Sequence record: OP555981.1
Direction: 5' to 3' (one strand)
Source: Escherichia phage vB_EcoM-UFV10
Length of the DNA: 64,000 bases
The first letter of the stretch is position 1. Each line of letters begins with the position of its first letter. Position numbers and translations under genes: made by a program. Shown in pieces: positions 1 through 9,178 of this stretch. The notes beneath the pieces were generated by a model. It saw only the letters and a program-made list of their open reading frames with translations, had not been told where the DNA came from and ran no database searches.

Positions 1-2178
1 TTAGGCCGCAAGGGCCTTCATAGTTTTAGCGATTTGGGAAACTTCATCATCACTTAAAGAGTTGCGATAACCGATGAAGTCGGAAACAATACGGAATTTC
101 TTGGTAAACTCAGCAACCATTTTATCACTATTTTTTGAAGCATTACGTGATAATTCATCAAAGAGATTAGTTACTGTCCAGATATCATGACCGATGGTAT
201 CTTTTCCACCGTTGAAGTATACACCCTGTAATGAACTAACCATATTAGCGAGTCGTGTATATTCTTCAGAAACTTCATCTACACTGAAGTACTTCATCAT
301 AAAATCTAATTCAGGATACTTGATAATTTTATCAATATATCGTTTAGCTGAACTTGAATAACCTACATACTTATCATAATCTACATCATCAAAAGCATCT
401 ACATATAAATCACGCAAAGCTTCAAAAATACATTGGCACTGACCGAGTTCTTTTACCTTTTTCTGTAAAAGCGGACGAATAACATAAAATTCATTAATGC
501 CAATAAGATTAGCCATACGAATCAAAATATTCATAGATGGATGACAAAGCGATGTAGTACCATCCATAGAGAAAATATCAGAACGATGCATATACGCTAC
601 ATAACCAGTAATTTCATCTGCTTCTGATGTGAGCGTAAATAGTTCCTCTTTTTCCCAGCGCCCGTCTTTAATTTCAAACTTAAATGCTGTAGCAGCTTTA
701 GGACGAGGAGCTTTACTTTTAACTACCTTTGGAATATAGCTTTTAACTAAAGCTTCAATTTCTGACAAATAATGAATGTTAACTTCATCACTTTCAAACA
801 TTGCCATAATATCAGGTAGTAAATCAATCTGCGATTCTACTTCCGGATTAATAAACAGAAGGCGTTCGTTATGATGAATATTCAAAGTGTTATTAAATTC
901 ACTATCATCTAACGCTCGTGCTAATCCACGAACAATATTAACACGATTTTTAATATTATCAATAACGATATTAATTTTTGTTGTATTAATACCAAACAGA
1001 CGATAACTTGATGCAACGGCTGAAGTTTCATGACTTTGCTTAATGCGCTTCAGTCGAGGGTCAAGATTTACTTCATACACAACTCCTGCATTGCATAACT
1101 TACTGTCAGGTTCAAACATGCTCTGCATCTTCTTATATGACAGATTTTTAGTCGTGAATTTGACTGAATTACTAATCATATAATCTCGAGCAGAATACCC
1201 CATCTTCATCAATTCACGGTATGTGTGACGAGGAGATGTAGATTCTTTAAATCGTTTTACATCTTCATTAAATGCTTTCTCACTAAGCTCTTTAACTCGT
1301 TCAATAATATTTTTACGAGTGCGATCATCTAATGAAAGAGCTTCGCGTGATGGAGCAATATCCAGTGAACCCATTGGAAATTTAATGTAATTCACTTCAT
1401 TGCGAATGCTTAACCAGTTACGGTCTCTAATAACACCATCGATAGGATAAACAATACCGCCATAGATAGCGTACAATCCACCACGATCAGGCCAGTATCT
1501 TTCTGGATTTACACCGTAATAGTCATCAAAATCCGGAAAATAATCAATTTCGCGGTCAAGACCATTAATGATAGCCAAATCTTTGAATGGTCGCATGATA
1601 TAAGAAACTTCATAAGCAAAGTTTCTAAAGTCTTTTTCTTCAACTGGAACTACGATTTCAATACCAGTTTTATCATTTGGACCCATTTCTTTTACGAATG
1701 TAGGTTTAATTTGTGGACCATCGCCATCCATGTAAGCTACATAACCACGAATTTCACCTTTATGATATGAAGTAATACTAAATGTATCAGTATAACTAAA
1801 CGGAGATTTAGAACCTAAACCAAATCCACCAATGAAATCATTAGATTCAGCCTTAGATGAACTAAAGTATGAATTATACAACCCAGGAGAATTATCATCA
1901 CCCTGAATATCAAAATCACTCATACCCGGACCAAAATCTCGACAAACAAATCGTGGATCTAAACGTCCAGGAACTTGAATGATAAATTTTTCAGGATTTC
2001 CATTGAGAGCATGGGCATCAATCATGTTAGTAATCAATTCACGGACTACTGCGCGAATCTTGTTTGTATACAAATCAGATGACAGAATTTTAAATACTTT
2101 AGGAGATGCTGTGATGCTAAATGCTTTTGATTTAGAACCATTACCAAGAATTGTTTCTTTTTCAGTGGTGATAATCAT
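1..2178 (-). CDS. rIIA: rIIA protein (GHKL-like ATPase fold at N-terminus)
   Basis: 725-aa ORF; N-terminus [16 protein letters not shown] and [16 protein letters not shown] Bergerat-type motif; length and position before gene 39 match T4 rIIA; ATG start, stop at 1-3. Confidence 0.9.
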   Translation of the reverse strand: MIITTEKETILGNGSKSKAFSITASPKVFKILSSDLYTNKIRAVVRELITNMIDAHALNGNPEKFIIQVPGRLDPRFVCRDFGPGMSDFDIQGDDNSPGLYNSYFSSSKAESNDFIGGFGLGSKSPFSYTDTFSITSYHKGEIRGYVAYMDGDGPQIKPTFVKEMGPNDKTGIEIVVPVEEKDFRNFAYEVSYIMRPFKDLAIINGLDREIDYFPDFDDYYGVNPERYWPDRGGLYAIYGGIVYPIDGVIRDRNWLSIRNEVNYIKFPMGSLDIAPSREALSLDDRTRKNIIERVKELSEKAFNEDVKRFKESTSPRHTYRELMKMGYSARDYMISNSVKFTTKNLSYKKMQSMFEPDSKLCNAGVVYEVNLDPRLKRIKQSHETSAVASSYRLFGINTTKINIVIDNIKNRVNIVRGLARALDDSEFNNTLNIHHNERLLFINPEVESQIDLLPDIMAMFESDEVNIHYLSEIEALVKSYIPKVVKSKAPRPKAATAFKFEIKDGRWEKEELFTLTSEADEITGYVAYMHRSDIFSMDGTTSLCHPSMNILIRMANLIGINEFYVIRPLLQKKVKELGQCQCIFEALRDLYVDAFDDVDYDKYVGYSSSAKRYIDKIIKYPELDFMMKYFSVDEVSEEYTRLANMVSSLQGVYFNGGKDTIGHDIWTVTNLFDELSRNASKNSDKMVAEFTKKFRIVSDFIGYRNSLSDDEVSQIAKTMKALAA

Positions 2179-2188
2179 AATTTCCTCA

Positions 2189-2392
2189 TTAATTCATATT
2201 ACGCTTAATAACTTCGGCAACTTCTAGTAGTTCATCTTTAGTTGCGGTGTCGGATTGAATTTTATCTCTAATATCCTTAAAGCGGTTTTTAAATTCTTCG
2301 GCTTCTCCCATATCGAAAAAGCGTTGAATGATTCTATATTCTCGATGAACTGCTTTATCAAAAAGTTCTAAATTTACTTTATATGATTTCAT
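2189..2392 (-). CDS. small protein downstream of rIIA (rIIA.1-like)
   Basis: 67-aa ORF with ATG start, directly downstream of an early promoter; synteny. Confidence 0.55.
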   Translation of the reverse strand: MKSYKVNLELFDKAVHREYRIIQRFFDMGEAEEFKNRFKDIRDKIQSDTATKDELLEVAEVIKRNMN

Positions 2393-2417
2393 TTCAATAT
2401 CCTCATTTGCCCAATTA

Positions 2418-2447
2418 ATTATACCACATCCTTGTGGTAAAGTAAAC
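2418..2447 (-). promoter_or_regulatory. early promoter (sigma70-like -35 GTTTAC / -10 TATAAT) for rIIA.1
   Basis: minus strand GTTTAC-17bp-TATAAT; spacer holds palindrome CCACAAGGATGTGG; approximate coordinates. Confidence 0.55.
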
Positions 2448-4264
2448 TACTGGCTCATCCATTCTTTACGAAGGTCAGCATTATCTCCCATGAGCATTTC
2501 AAAAAGCTCTTTCCAATTCTCAGGAAGTTTAACAACATCATATACTGGGTTTTGAATCATCTCACGATATTCAGATTTTTCCAAAGAGCCAAGTCCTTTA
2601 ATATAACGGATGCTATGTTTAGGTAGAGCATCTTTGGCACTCTCATATTCAGCGACTGTATAAAACCATTCTTGTTTTTTACCGACCTGAGCGATGATTA
2701 CAGGAGTTTTGACAAAGCGAATTCGTCCTTGCTCAAACAATTCTGGCCAATTACTAAAAAATCCGAGCAGAGAAGGATAAATGCTTCCTAAACCATCATG
2801 GTCAGCATCGGTCATAATAGCAATATTATGATAATTCAAGTTTTCAGCTTTTTCACCAAGAACTAATCCAGTGATTGCGCAAATATCAAACAGTTCTTTG
2901 TTTTTAAGCATATCAGCATATGACATACCCCAGCTATTAAGAACTTTACCACGCAATGGATAACCACCGTGAAGTTCTTTATCACGAACATCAATAAGAT
3001 ATCCGATAGCAGAATCACCCTCAGTCAAGAAAAGAGTAGTGTCAGCATCTTTACCACAAAGATTCGCTTTGATATGTTTATGAACCTTAGCTTTAGAAGC
3101 CTTTTTAGCTGCTTTAGTTTCTGCTGCTTTTTCTGCCGCCAATTTACGAGCAAGGGCAGCTTCAATGATTGGCATTAAAATTGCTTCATTATTTAGAATA
3201 GCGCGTGAAATCTTTTTAGCATCAAGTTGAATATGACTACGAATTTCGCCAAATGGAGAAGTCAAACGCTCTTTAGTTTGAGAATCAAATCGCATGTTTT
3301 TCATATCACGGACAAACATAACGATAGTCAAACATTCTTTGACACGTGCTTTAGTCACATCAATTTTGAACTTACGTTTGATTTGTGGAATAAGGTCTTC
3401 ACAAATATCATCCATAACACAGTCAATGTGATGGCCACCATTCTTAGTGTGAATGTTATTCACATAAGTTAATTGACGAAATCCATCCGGTGAACGACCA
3501 ACAGCAATAGAACAATTTTCTTGTTCTTGAACAATAGCATGTTCATCATACTGTCGTGCATATTTCTTAAAATTGCCCTGAACCTTTTTACCATTAAAGG
3601 TAAATTGAATATCAGGATAAACAACAGCAAGTGTCTGGAGACGATCTAGTGTAATGTCAAGATAAACTTGGGACAGCTCATTAGTTTCAAATGACATAAA
3701 ATCTGGAATGAAAGTAACACGAGTTCCTTTCCATTTTCCAGGAATAGTTTCCCAGGATTTATTTTCCATGCCATTTGAACAACGAACTACAATATTATTT
3801 TGACCATCGCCAGTTTCACCGACAAACATCACAGAAAAAATGTTAGTTAAACTAGAACCAACACCATTCATACCACCGGTGACGCGTTCTTTATCATCAC
3901 CAAAGTTACCACCCGCTTTTGGAATAGTCCATGCAGCAACAGGACCAGGAATTTCTTCACCGGTAGGTGTTTTAACCATCGCTTGCGGAATACCGCGACC
4001 GTTATCTTCAACTGTCACCTGATTATTTTTAATGGTAACATTAATTTTATTCGCGAATTTAAACTTAGTACGAATACCTTCATCGACTGAGTTATCGATA
4101 ATTTCATCAATAAGCTTAACAAGACCAGGTACATACTGAACACTTTCCCATTTACCAAACAGAAAGCGCTCATGCATTTCATTAGCAGAAGAGCCAATGT
4201 ACATGCCACTACGCTTTTTGATATGTTCAATATCGCTCAGAATTTTAATTTCATTCTTAATCAT
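2447..4264 (-). CDS. 39: DNA topoisomerase II large subunit, GyrB-like ATPase, single fused 39+60 ORF
   Basis: 605 aa from ATG (track ORF begins one codon earlier at GTG); MIKNEIKILSDIEHIKKRSGMYIGS, GHKL and toprim-like regions; continuous ORF with no gene 60 or mobA. Confidence 0.9.
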   Translation of the reverse strand: MIKNEIKILSDIEHIKKRSGMYIGSSANEMHERFLFGKWESVQYVPGLVKLIDEIIDNSVDEGIRTKFKFANKINVTIKNNQVTVEDNGRGIPQAMVKTPTGEEIPGPVAAWTIPKAGGNFGDDKERVTGGMNGVGSSLTNIFSVMFVGETGDGQNNIVVRCSNGMENKSWETIPGKWKGTRVTFIPDFMSFETNELSQVYLDITLDRLQTLAVVYPDIQFTFNGKKVQGNFKKYARQYDEHAIVQEQENCSIAVGRSPDGFRQLTYVNNIHTKNGGHHIDCVMDDICEDLIPQIKRKFKIDVTKARVKECLTIVMFVRDMKNMRFDSQTKERLTSPFGEIRSHIQLDAKKISRAILNNEAILMPIIEAALARKLAAEKAAETKAAKKASKAKVHKHIKANLCGKDADTTLFLTEGDSAIGYLIDVRDKELHGGYPLRGKVLNSWGMSYADMLKNKELFDICAITGLVLGEKAENLNYHNIAIMTDADHDGLGSIYPSLLGFFSNWPELFEQGRIRFVKTPVIIAQVGKKQEWFYTVAEYESAKDALPKHSIRYIKGLGSLEKSEYREMIQNPVYDVVKLPENWKELFEMLMGDNADLRKEWMSQ

Positions 4265-4292
4265 CACTTATCCTCGTTTGGTTTCGGGAATA

Positions 4293-4316
4293 TTATACTC
4301 CGGCAATCATAAAGCT
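4293..4316 (-). promoter_or_regulatory. putative MotA-box middle promoter for gene 39
   Basis: minus strand AGCTTTA then about 12 nt then TATAAT, followed by GAGGA and start; approximate. Confidence 0.4.
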
Positions 4317-4334
4317 AAAGGCCCGAAGGCCTTT
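4317..4334 (-). terminator. UUCG-tetraloop hairpin
   Basis: AAAGGCC-cgaa-GGCCTTT; loop is UUCG on the minus transcript; directly 3' of the lipoprotein gene. Confidence 0.6.
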
Positions 4335-4603
4335 TATTTAAAACGAATAGTTGAATCCTTAAAGAACAGCCCAGAACATACTGTTCCTTCTACTTTCTGC
4401 CCGGTAGGTCCAATAGCACGAAATCCAGTATGCTGGAAATCATTTTCAGAGCAACCGAACCAATTGTATCCAGTGATTTCAATATTCGTAAAACCACTTG
4501 ATGATAAAATTTTAGTTGCATTATCAGCATCAGTACATCCTACTAAAGATACTGCTAATACTAATGCTGCGATAGAACGATTAACATATTTCATAATTTT
4601 CAC
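4334..4603 (-). CDS. small lipoprotein
   Basis: 89-aa ORF with lipoprotein signal LAVSLVGC-T; GTG start at 4603 or ATG three codons in; followed by UUCG hairpin. Confidence 0.5.
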   Translation of the reverse strand: MKIMKYVNRSIAALVLAVSLVGCTDADNATKILSSSGFTNIEITGYNWFGCSENDFQHTGFRAIGPTGQKVEGTVCSGLFFKDSTIRFK

Positions 4604-4974
4604 TTAAATTTAATGGCTTGAAGGAGACTAATAATTCTCAAACGGCTTCTTTCATCTTTAACTGTAAAAGAAAGAGGGTCGCCAGATTTCATGGTAATAG
4701 TGCATTCAAAATCAAAATCTTCAGTGACTTCTTCGAAGAAGTCAAATTCTTCATCATAAATTAGAACACTACTTTGCAGACTGTGAAGAGTTTTTCCAGC
4801 ATTTCTGCTAACTGCTGTACTAATCATTGTAACATTATGACCTTTCATATCTTCAACGATAAATTCACTAGTCAATATTACAGCATTAATAGAACTATTC
4901 CTATTACTAACAGAAAGTAGAAATTTCTGTTCTTCACCTTCACGAATACGATATTTCTTACCAATTTTAAACAT
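4600..4974 (-). CDS. hypothetical protein
   Basis: 124-aa ORF, ATG start, stop overlaps next start. Confidence 0.45.
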   Translation of the reverse strand: MFKIGKKYRIREGEEQKFLLSVSNRNSSINAVILTSEFIVEDMKGHNVTMISTAVSRNAGKTLHSLQSSVLIYDEEFDFFEEVTEDFDFECTITMKSGDPLSFTVKDERSRLRIISLLQAIKFK

Positions 4975-4976
4975 AA

Positions 4977-5153
4977 TTACCCTTTAAGTAAATCGTAAAA
5001 TCCACCATTCACATGCTTAGGAGCAGAAGGCCGACGAGTAGACAAACGATGACATTTAGGACAAACATCATTTTCTCGTTCAGAAATCTTTTTAATTTTT
5101 TCATATTCATGCCCGCAATCTTCGGATTGGCATTTATAATCATACATTGGCAT
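4977..5153 (-). CDS. small zinc-ribbon protein (CxxC...CxxC)
   Basis: 58-aa ORF below the track cutoff, read by hand: MPMYDYKCQSEDCGHEYEKIKKISERENDVCPKCHRL...; fits exactly between neighbouring genes. Confidence 0.5.
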   Translation of the reverse strand: MPMYDYKCQSEDCGHEYEKIKKISERENDVCPKCHRLSTRRPSAPKHVNGGFYDLLKG

Positions 5154-5155
5154 AA

Positions 5156-5581
5156 TTATTCCTTAAAATGGGCTTTCAGCATCTGATACAAAGACCACGC
5201 CTGTTCATTATTTTCAATAGTAACTTTCATGACCGGGAATTCTGTGAAATCTTCTATCTGTTCTTGCTCTTTCTCTTCCTGCTCTTGCTCTTCGGCTGCC
5301 TGGTATGGATTTTCCACTTCATCAAAGAACACAGCTTCGCTCGTTGAAAGCCAGATAAAATCTTCATCCAAAATATCTTTACCAGAAGATAACGCCAATT
5401 TTCCACTAGATGTCACAAGTTTAGTAGGACGACCAAGATAGTCAATATCTGTAACTCTAAAAGGTTCCATACCAAGACGACGTGCATAAATTCCGTTTTC
5501 AGTATGGTCCTTGATAAAATCTTCTTGAGCTTGTTTATTTTTAAATTGATACCATTTATTAACTTCAAATTTAATAGCCAT
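5156..5581 (-). CDS. acidic hypothetical protein (possibly goF-like by size and position)
   Basis: 141-aa ORF with acidic [12 protein letters not shown] stretch; T4 goF is also 141 aa at this position but identity not verified. Confidence 0.45.
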   Translation of the reverse strand: MAIKFEVNKWYQFKNKQAQEDFIKDHTENGIYARRLGMEPFRVTDIDYLGRPTKLVTSSGKLALSSGKDILDEDFIWLSTSEAVFFDEVENPYQAAEEQEQEEKEQEQIEDFTEFPVMKVTIENNEQAWSLYQMLKAHFKE

Positions 5582-5796
5582 TAATAAGTTTCCTTCCAGT
5601 AAGTTGTGCCATCTTCAGTAATTTCACGAAACACACCATAAATTGGTTGTTTATCACCAACTTTTTCGTACACATAAACCGAAGTCAAGTGAGTAAACTT
5701 AACGGTATGTTCCTTTTGAACCACTACCAAATCTGGATCAAATAATACATCTTCAAATTCGTCATTAGTGCAATTCTGAACAATTTTACGTTTCAT
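5581..5796 (-). CDS. hypothetical protein
   Basis: 71-aa ORF, ATG start, TAATG overlap with upstream gene. Confidence 0.4.
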   Translation of the reverse strand: MKRKIVQNCTNDEFEDVLFDPDLVVVQKEHTVKFTHLTSVYVYEKVGDKQPIYGVFREITEDGTTYWKETY

Positions 5797-5809
5797 TACA
5801 ATTTCCTCA

Positions 5810-6079
5810 TTAATTGAACAGTGGAGCGATGCGTTTCAGAAGAGTAGCAGCACCTTTAGCGAATTTTACATCATGAAAAACAGTTTCTTCTTCCGTTACA
5901 ACACGAGCTTTAATGTTTTCACAATCCCAATTTTTGCGAACAATCTTCAAAAGCTGCAGTAAATCTTTACATTCAACAATATCGATAACACATCCACGAG
6001 AATCTTCCATTATCGCACGATAACCGTAAGCCATACCATAATCGTTGAAAGATTGCTCGATGATAATTAAGTTTTCCAT
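5810..6079 (-). CDS. hypothetical protein
   Basis: 89 aa from internal ATG (track start is TTG inside the conserved leader); preceded by GGAGAATAAAATG leader and early promoter. Confidence 0.5.
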   Translation of the reverse strand: MENLIIIEQSFNDYGMAYGYRAIMEDSRGCVIDIVECKDLLQLLKIVRKNWDCENIKARVVTEEETVFHDVKFAKGAATLLKRIAPLFN

Positions 6080-6122
6080 TTTATTCTCCAAGTTATTTTC
6101 TGTATCAGTAGTTGATATTGAT

Positions 6123-6151
6123 ATAGTACCATAATCAACTACTGATGTATA
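6123..6151 (-). promoter_or_regulatory. early promoter with flanking 11-bp inverted repeat
   Basis: minus strand TATACA-17bp-TACTAT; inverted repeat CAGTAGTTGAT / ATCAACTACTG (about 6106-6116 and 6134-6144) brackets the -10. Confidence 0.45.
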
Positions 6152-6176
6152 TAGTTTTATGAAAAAATTTTAAACT

Positions 6177-6668
6177 TTATGCATAGCGAGCTTTGCTATA
6201 GTGTTTAATCCAACTTTCAGGAATGACTTTGTATGTTCCTAAATATACCGCGTTGTACAGCTTAACACCGTCTTCTACCCACTGATCAGTAATGTATGCA
6301 CACATAGCGCGAGTACGGTTAACAACACCTTCCTCACCTTCAGTAAATTCGAATTCATAAGGAGCAACGAACTTGATAGCTTGACCGAGTTTCCACTTAA
6401 AGTCTACACCTACATGTGAAGTATCAATCGTTTCAATTCCTTTAGCAGGAACAGCTTTCAAAAACGCAGACTCAAGAAATTTCGCACGAACATAGCCAAA
6501 CTGAGGTTTAGACTTTCCATCTTTAGGAATGATACGCACTTTTACTTCAGAATCTTCATCTTTAACACCATGTTTAAGCTGAATGCTTACAATTTCGACC
6601 AATTTTCCTGCTGCTTTAGAGCGGGATTTATCAGATACACGAGCTAATTCACCAATATTAATAATCAT
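6177..6668 (-). CDS. MotB-like protein (by size and synteny)
   Basis: 163-aa ORF at the motB position; C-terminal ITDQWVEDGVKLYNAVYLGTYKVIPESW motif shared with the next ORF. Confidence 0.45.
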   Translation of the reverse strand: MIINIGELARVSDKSRSKAAGKLVEIVSIQLKHGVKDEDSEVKVRIIPKDGKSKPQFGYVRAKFLESAFLKAVPAKGIETIDTSHVGVDFKWKLGQAIKFVAPYEFEFTEGEEGVVNRTRAMCAYITDQWVEDGVKLYNAVYLGTYKVIPESWIKHYSKARYA

Positions 6669-6706
6669 AGTTATCTCTCACTTGTTAAAAAGATTTTATA
6701 CTCCAC

Positions 6707-6742
6707 GGGACCATTATACTCTGGTCCCAAGAGTTTGTAAAC
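6707..6742 (-). promoter_or_regulatory. early promoter with -10 inside a hairpin-forming palindrome
   Basis: minus strand GTTTAC-17bp-TATAAT; GGGACC...GGTCCC arms enclose the TATAAT. Confidence 0.5.
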
Positions 6743-7176
6743 TAGCTTACACGAACATTAATCACTGCGCTACGAGGAACTACAGAGTATTCTCCAGCAT
6801 GAACTACGTTCAGAAGTTCAACGCCATCTTCAATCCACTGGTCAGTTACCCAACCGCCGACCGGATTCGCGAATGGACGACGAATGTAAACCGCCTTACA
6901 CAACAAATCAGTCGGATCTTCAGGTTTTTCAATTTCTGTCAATAGATTAAAATCTTCTTCATAGATGATGAATGATGATACCCTTCCATAATAGTTTCTA
7001 ATTTCCATGTACACTGTACCAATGAGAATTCCGCTATTAACCCTAATAACAGTAAAAGGATATCCGCCAGTTGTACCAAGAAGTTCCCAAAACTTGCTAT
7101 CAGTCGTATTCGACATTGTCTGGAAATCAATTTCAGATGGTTTTTTCATTTGATACGCAGTATTAATTTTAATCAT
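6742..7176 (-). CDS. hypothetical protein, paralog of 6177-6668
   Basis: 144-aa ORF; C-terminal VTDQWIEDGVELLNVVHAGEYSVVPRS resembles neighbour. Confidence 0.45.
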   Translation of the reverse strand: MIKINTAYQMKKPSEIDFQTMSNTTDSKFWELLGTTGGYPFTVIRVNSGILIGTVYMEIRNYYGRVSSFIIYEEDFNLLTEIEKPEDPTDLLCKAVYIRRPFANPVGGWVTDQWIEDGVELLNVVHAGEYSVVPRSAVINVRVS

Positions 7177-7185
7177 AATTTTCCT

Positions 7186-7698
7186 TTAATCTAAGGTAAT
7201 AAAGCCTTTTAATTCGGCATGCGATTTGCGGAACATTACTTGGTGACCGCCAATGATAACTTGGTCATCAGGAACTTCATAAATCGCAATGTACATTCCA
7301 CGATCTTTTAAGTCTTCACGCTCTTCTCGAGTAAACCATCTCATTATATCATATTCACTAGCGAAAGCAAAATGATATAATGCAATAAACCACAATGGAA
7401 TATAATTTTCAATTCGTGAATAATCTTTATTCCATTTAGTTTTAATAGCATCATTAGCATTTTCAACTAATAACTTATCATCGTGTGGAATAGGAATACT
7501 TTCATGACTTTCATAATCATTGCTATGATGATGAAATGACGATGAATTAATACCGCAAAATTTTAGCCAAGTTCGAGTTTTCATAGAATCAAATCCACGA
7601 TAAGGAGTTGATTGAACGCATAACTCTTGCCTAATTTTCACTATACCACTATCATCATTTAATGCGCTAAACGATGATTCAACACGATAAATTTTCAT
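7186..7698 (-). CDS. hypothetical protein
   Basis: 170-aa ORF, ATG start, early promoter upstream. Confidence 0.45.
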   Translation of the reverse strand: MKIYRVESSFSALNDDSGIVKIRQELCVQSTPYRGFDSMKTRTWLKFCGINSSSFHHHSNDYESHESIPIPHDDKLLVENANDAIKTKWNKDYSRIENYIPLWFIALYHFAFASEYDIMRWFTREEREDLKDRGMYIAIYEVPDDQVIIGGHQVMFRKSHAELKGFITLD

Positions 7699-7761
7699 TT
7701 TATTATCCTCAGTAGCTATGGTGTTATAATACCATAACTAACCGAGGAAGTAAACAACTTT

Positions 7762-8445
7762 TTATCGTTTTGTTGGAAGAGATAGAGGATCACACTCTTC
7801 CTCTGATGGAGCGTCTTCAAGACCCATAGCATAGCGCAAAGCATACTTCATCATCAGGATGTCTTTCGCACAGTCATGAATAGAATCATGCGCAACGAAT
7901 CCATCTAAAGTTCCTTTTGGAAGAGGACACGTGGTCATATCACGAACAAGGAGAAGTGCTTCAATTCTGGTACGAATATCACGCTGATTCCAAAATTTAC
8001 AAGGTTCTAACTTAAATGTATCAAGCTCATTCTCGGAAACGCCGTTAAAACGTTGAATATCGCGAATGAGATCGACTAAAATTGGAAAATCAAACGACAT
8101 TCCACGGCACCAGCCTTGAGATTTCCAAGGATCGATATTATGCGCATTGATGTAATCATTAAATTTTGCAATACCATCGATAGTGCTTACATCTTCATCT
8201 GATGGCGCAATATTTTTTCGAGCTTCAGGAGATTGATTCTTCCACCATTCAATAGTGCTTTTAGTAAAAAGACGGTGTCCTTTTTGACTTTTTAAGTCAA
8301 ATTTAATTTTAATGCCACGTGAAACTAGTTCATCGAATGTTTCAACAACTTCTGGGTTAGGGTCAAAAGCAATTACAGCCAAATCAATAACAGCTGCTTT
8401 TTCACCACTTCCCATCGTTTCAAAATCTATAATAAAATCAAACAT
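7762..8445 (-). CDS. dexA: exonuclease A (DEDD-type 3'-5' exonuclease)
   Basis: 227-aa ORF, N-terminal IIDFETMG exonuclease motif, length and position match T4 dexA. Confidence 0.8.
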   Translation of the reverse strand: MFDFIIDFETMGSGEKAAVIDLAVIAFDPNPEVVETFDELVSRGIKIKFDLKSQKGHRLFTKSTIEWWKNQSPEARKNIAPSDEDVSTIDGIAKFNDYINAHNIDPWKSQGWCRGMSFDFPILVDLIRDIQRFNGVSENELDTFKLEPCKFWNQRDIRTRIEALLLVRDMTTCPLPKGTLDGFVAHDSIHDCAKDILMMKYALRYAMGLEDAPSEEECDPLSLPTKR

Positions 8446-8687
8446 TAAACTTTCCTCGCTAAATCGCGAATTTGACCTACAGTATAATCTTGGATATAAA
8501 CTTTATTAATAGGCTCATCAATAAATTTTGCCATAGATTCAATATCTTTTTGCATCTCTTCAAGACTGTATACTATCTTTGAAGCTTTTTCACGAATAGT
8601 TGCATTTTCAGGTCCTGGATTTTCTTCAATGACAGCTTTAACATTTGCCATAAGAGATTTAAACTGATACCAACTTAATTCAATCAT
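8445..8687 (-). CDS. hypothetical protein
   Basis: 80 aa from internal ATG MIELSWYQ; track N-terminal extension overlaps upstream gene. Confidence 0.4.
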   Translation of the reverse strand: MIELSWYQFKSLMANVKAVIEENPGPENATIREKASKIVYSLEEMQKDIESMAKFIDEPINKVYIQDYTVGQIRDLARKV

Positions 8688-8925
8688 TAATAACCGCCTT
8701 ATAAAGATGGTTAATTTCACCCAAAACATAATCACTGATTGTGACAGTTTTCACTTCGCCGCAAAAGAATTCTAACGCAATTAAATCTCGTTCAATTTCT
8801 TCTAATTGAAGCATTAACTTGCCAGATTCAATTTTTACATTTCTACGATTTTTACTATAAGCTATTTCATAAATTTCGCTCACTTTATCTTGAAGCAGAT
8901 AAAACTGGTCTTTAGTTATTTCCAC
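8680..8925 (-). CDS. hypothetical protein
   Basis: about 81 aa from GTG behind GAGGAA; track start is TTG; start uncertain. Confidence 0.35.
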   Translation of the reverse strand: MEITKDQFYLLQDKVSEIYEIAYSKNRRNVKIESGKLMLQLEEIERDLIALEFFCGEVKTVTISDYVLGEINHLYKAVIND

Positions 8926-9172
8926 GAATAGCTTCCTCAAATTTAATTAGTAATTTACAGACACTTTCATCTAGTGTAATTACCGTATCTGTATTACTGT
9001 GATATGATTGTTTTTCAATTCGTTTAATTGCTAATATAGTATCACTTATAAGATAAAGCTTATGAAGGAGCTCAGCTCCTGTTACCATAACATCGAGATT
9101 ATCTTGCTTATTAGTATGCTTCCTTATACCATCTATTAGACGATTTAAATATTTTGAATTGATGTTAATCAT
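8912..9172 (-). CDS. hypothetical protein
   Basis: 86-aa ORF, ATG start. Confidence 0.4.
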   Translation of the reverse strand: MININSKYLNRLIDGIRKHTNKQDNLDVMVTGAELLHKLYLISDTILAIKRIEKQSYHSNTDTVITLDESVCKLLIKFEEAIRGNN

Positions 9173-9178
9173 ATATCC

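Noticed and set aside
1979-4607. Plus-strand track ORFs 1979-2227, 2969-3178, 3227-3472, 3840-4022 and 4197-4607, and similar ones elsewhere (9887-10256, 26223-27500, 32445-33779, 52358-53095)
   Set aside because: They lie antisense inside well-supported minus-strand genes (rIIA, 39, dda, 43, 46, ATPase/NTase), lack convincing SD sequences, and are the usual shadow ORFs of an AT-rich genome.
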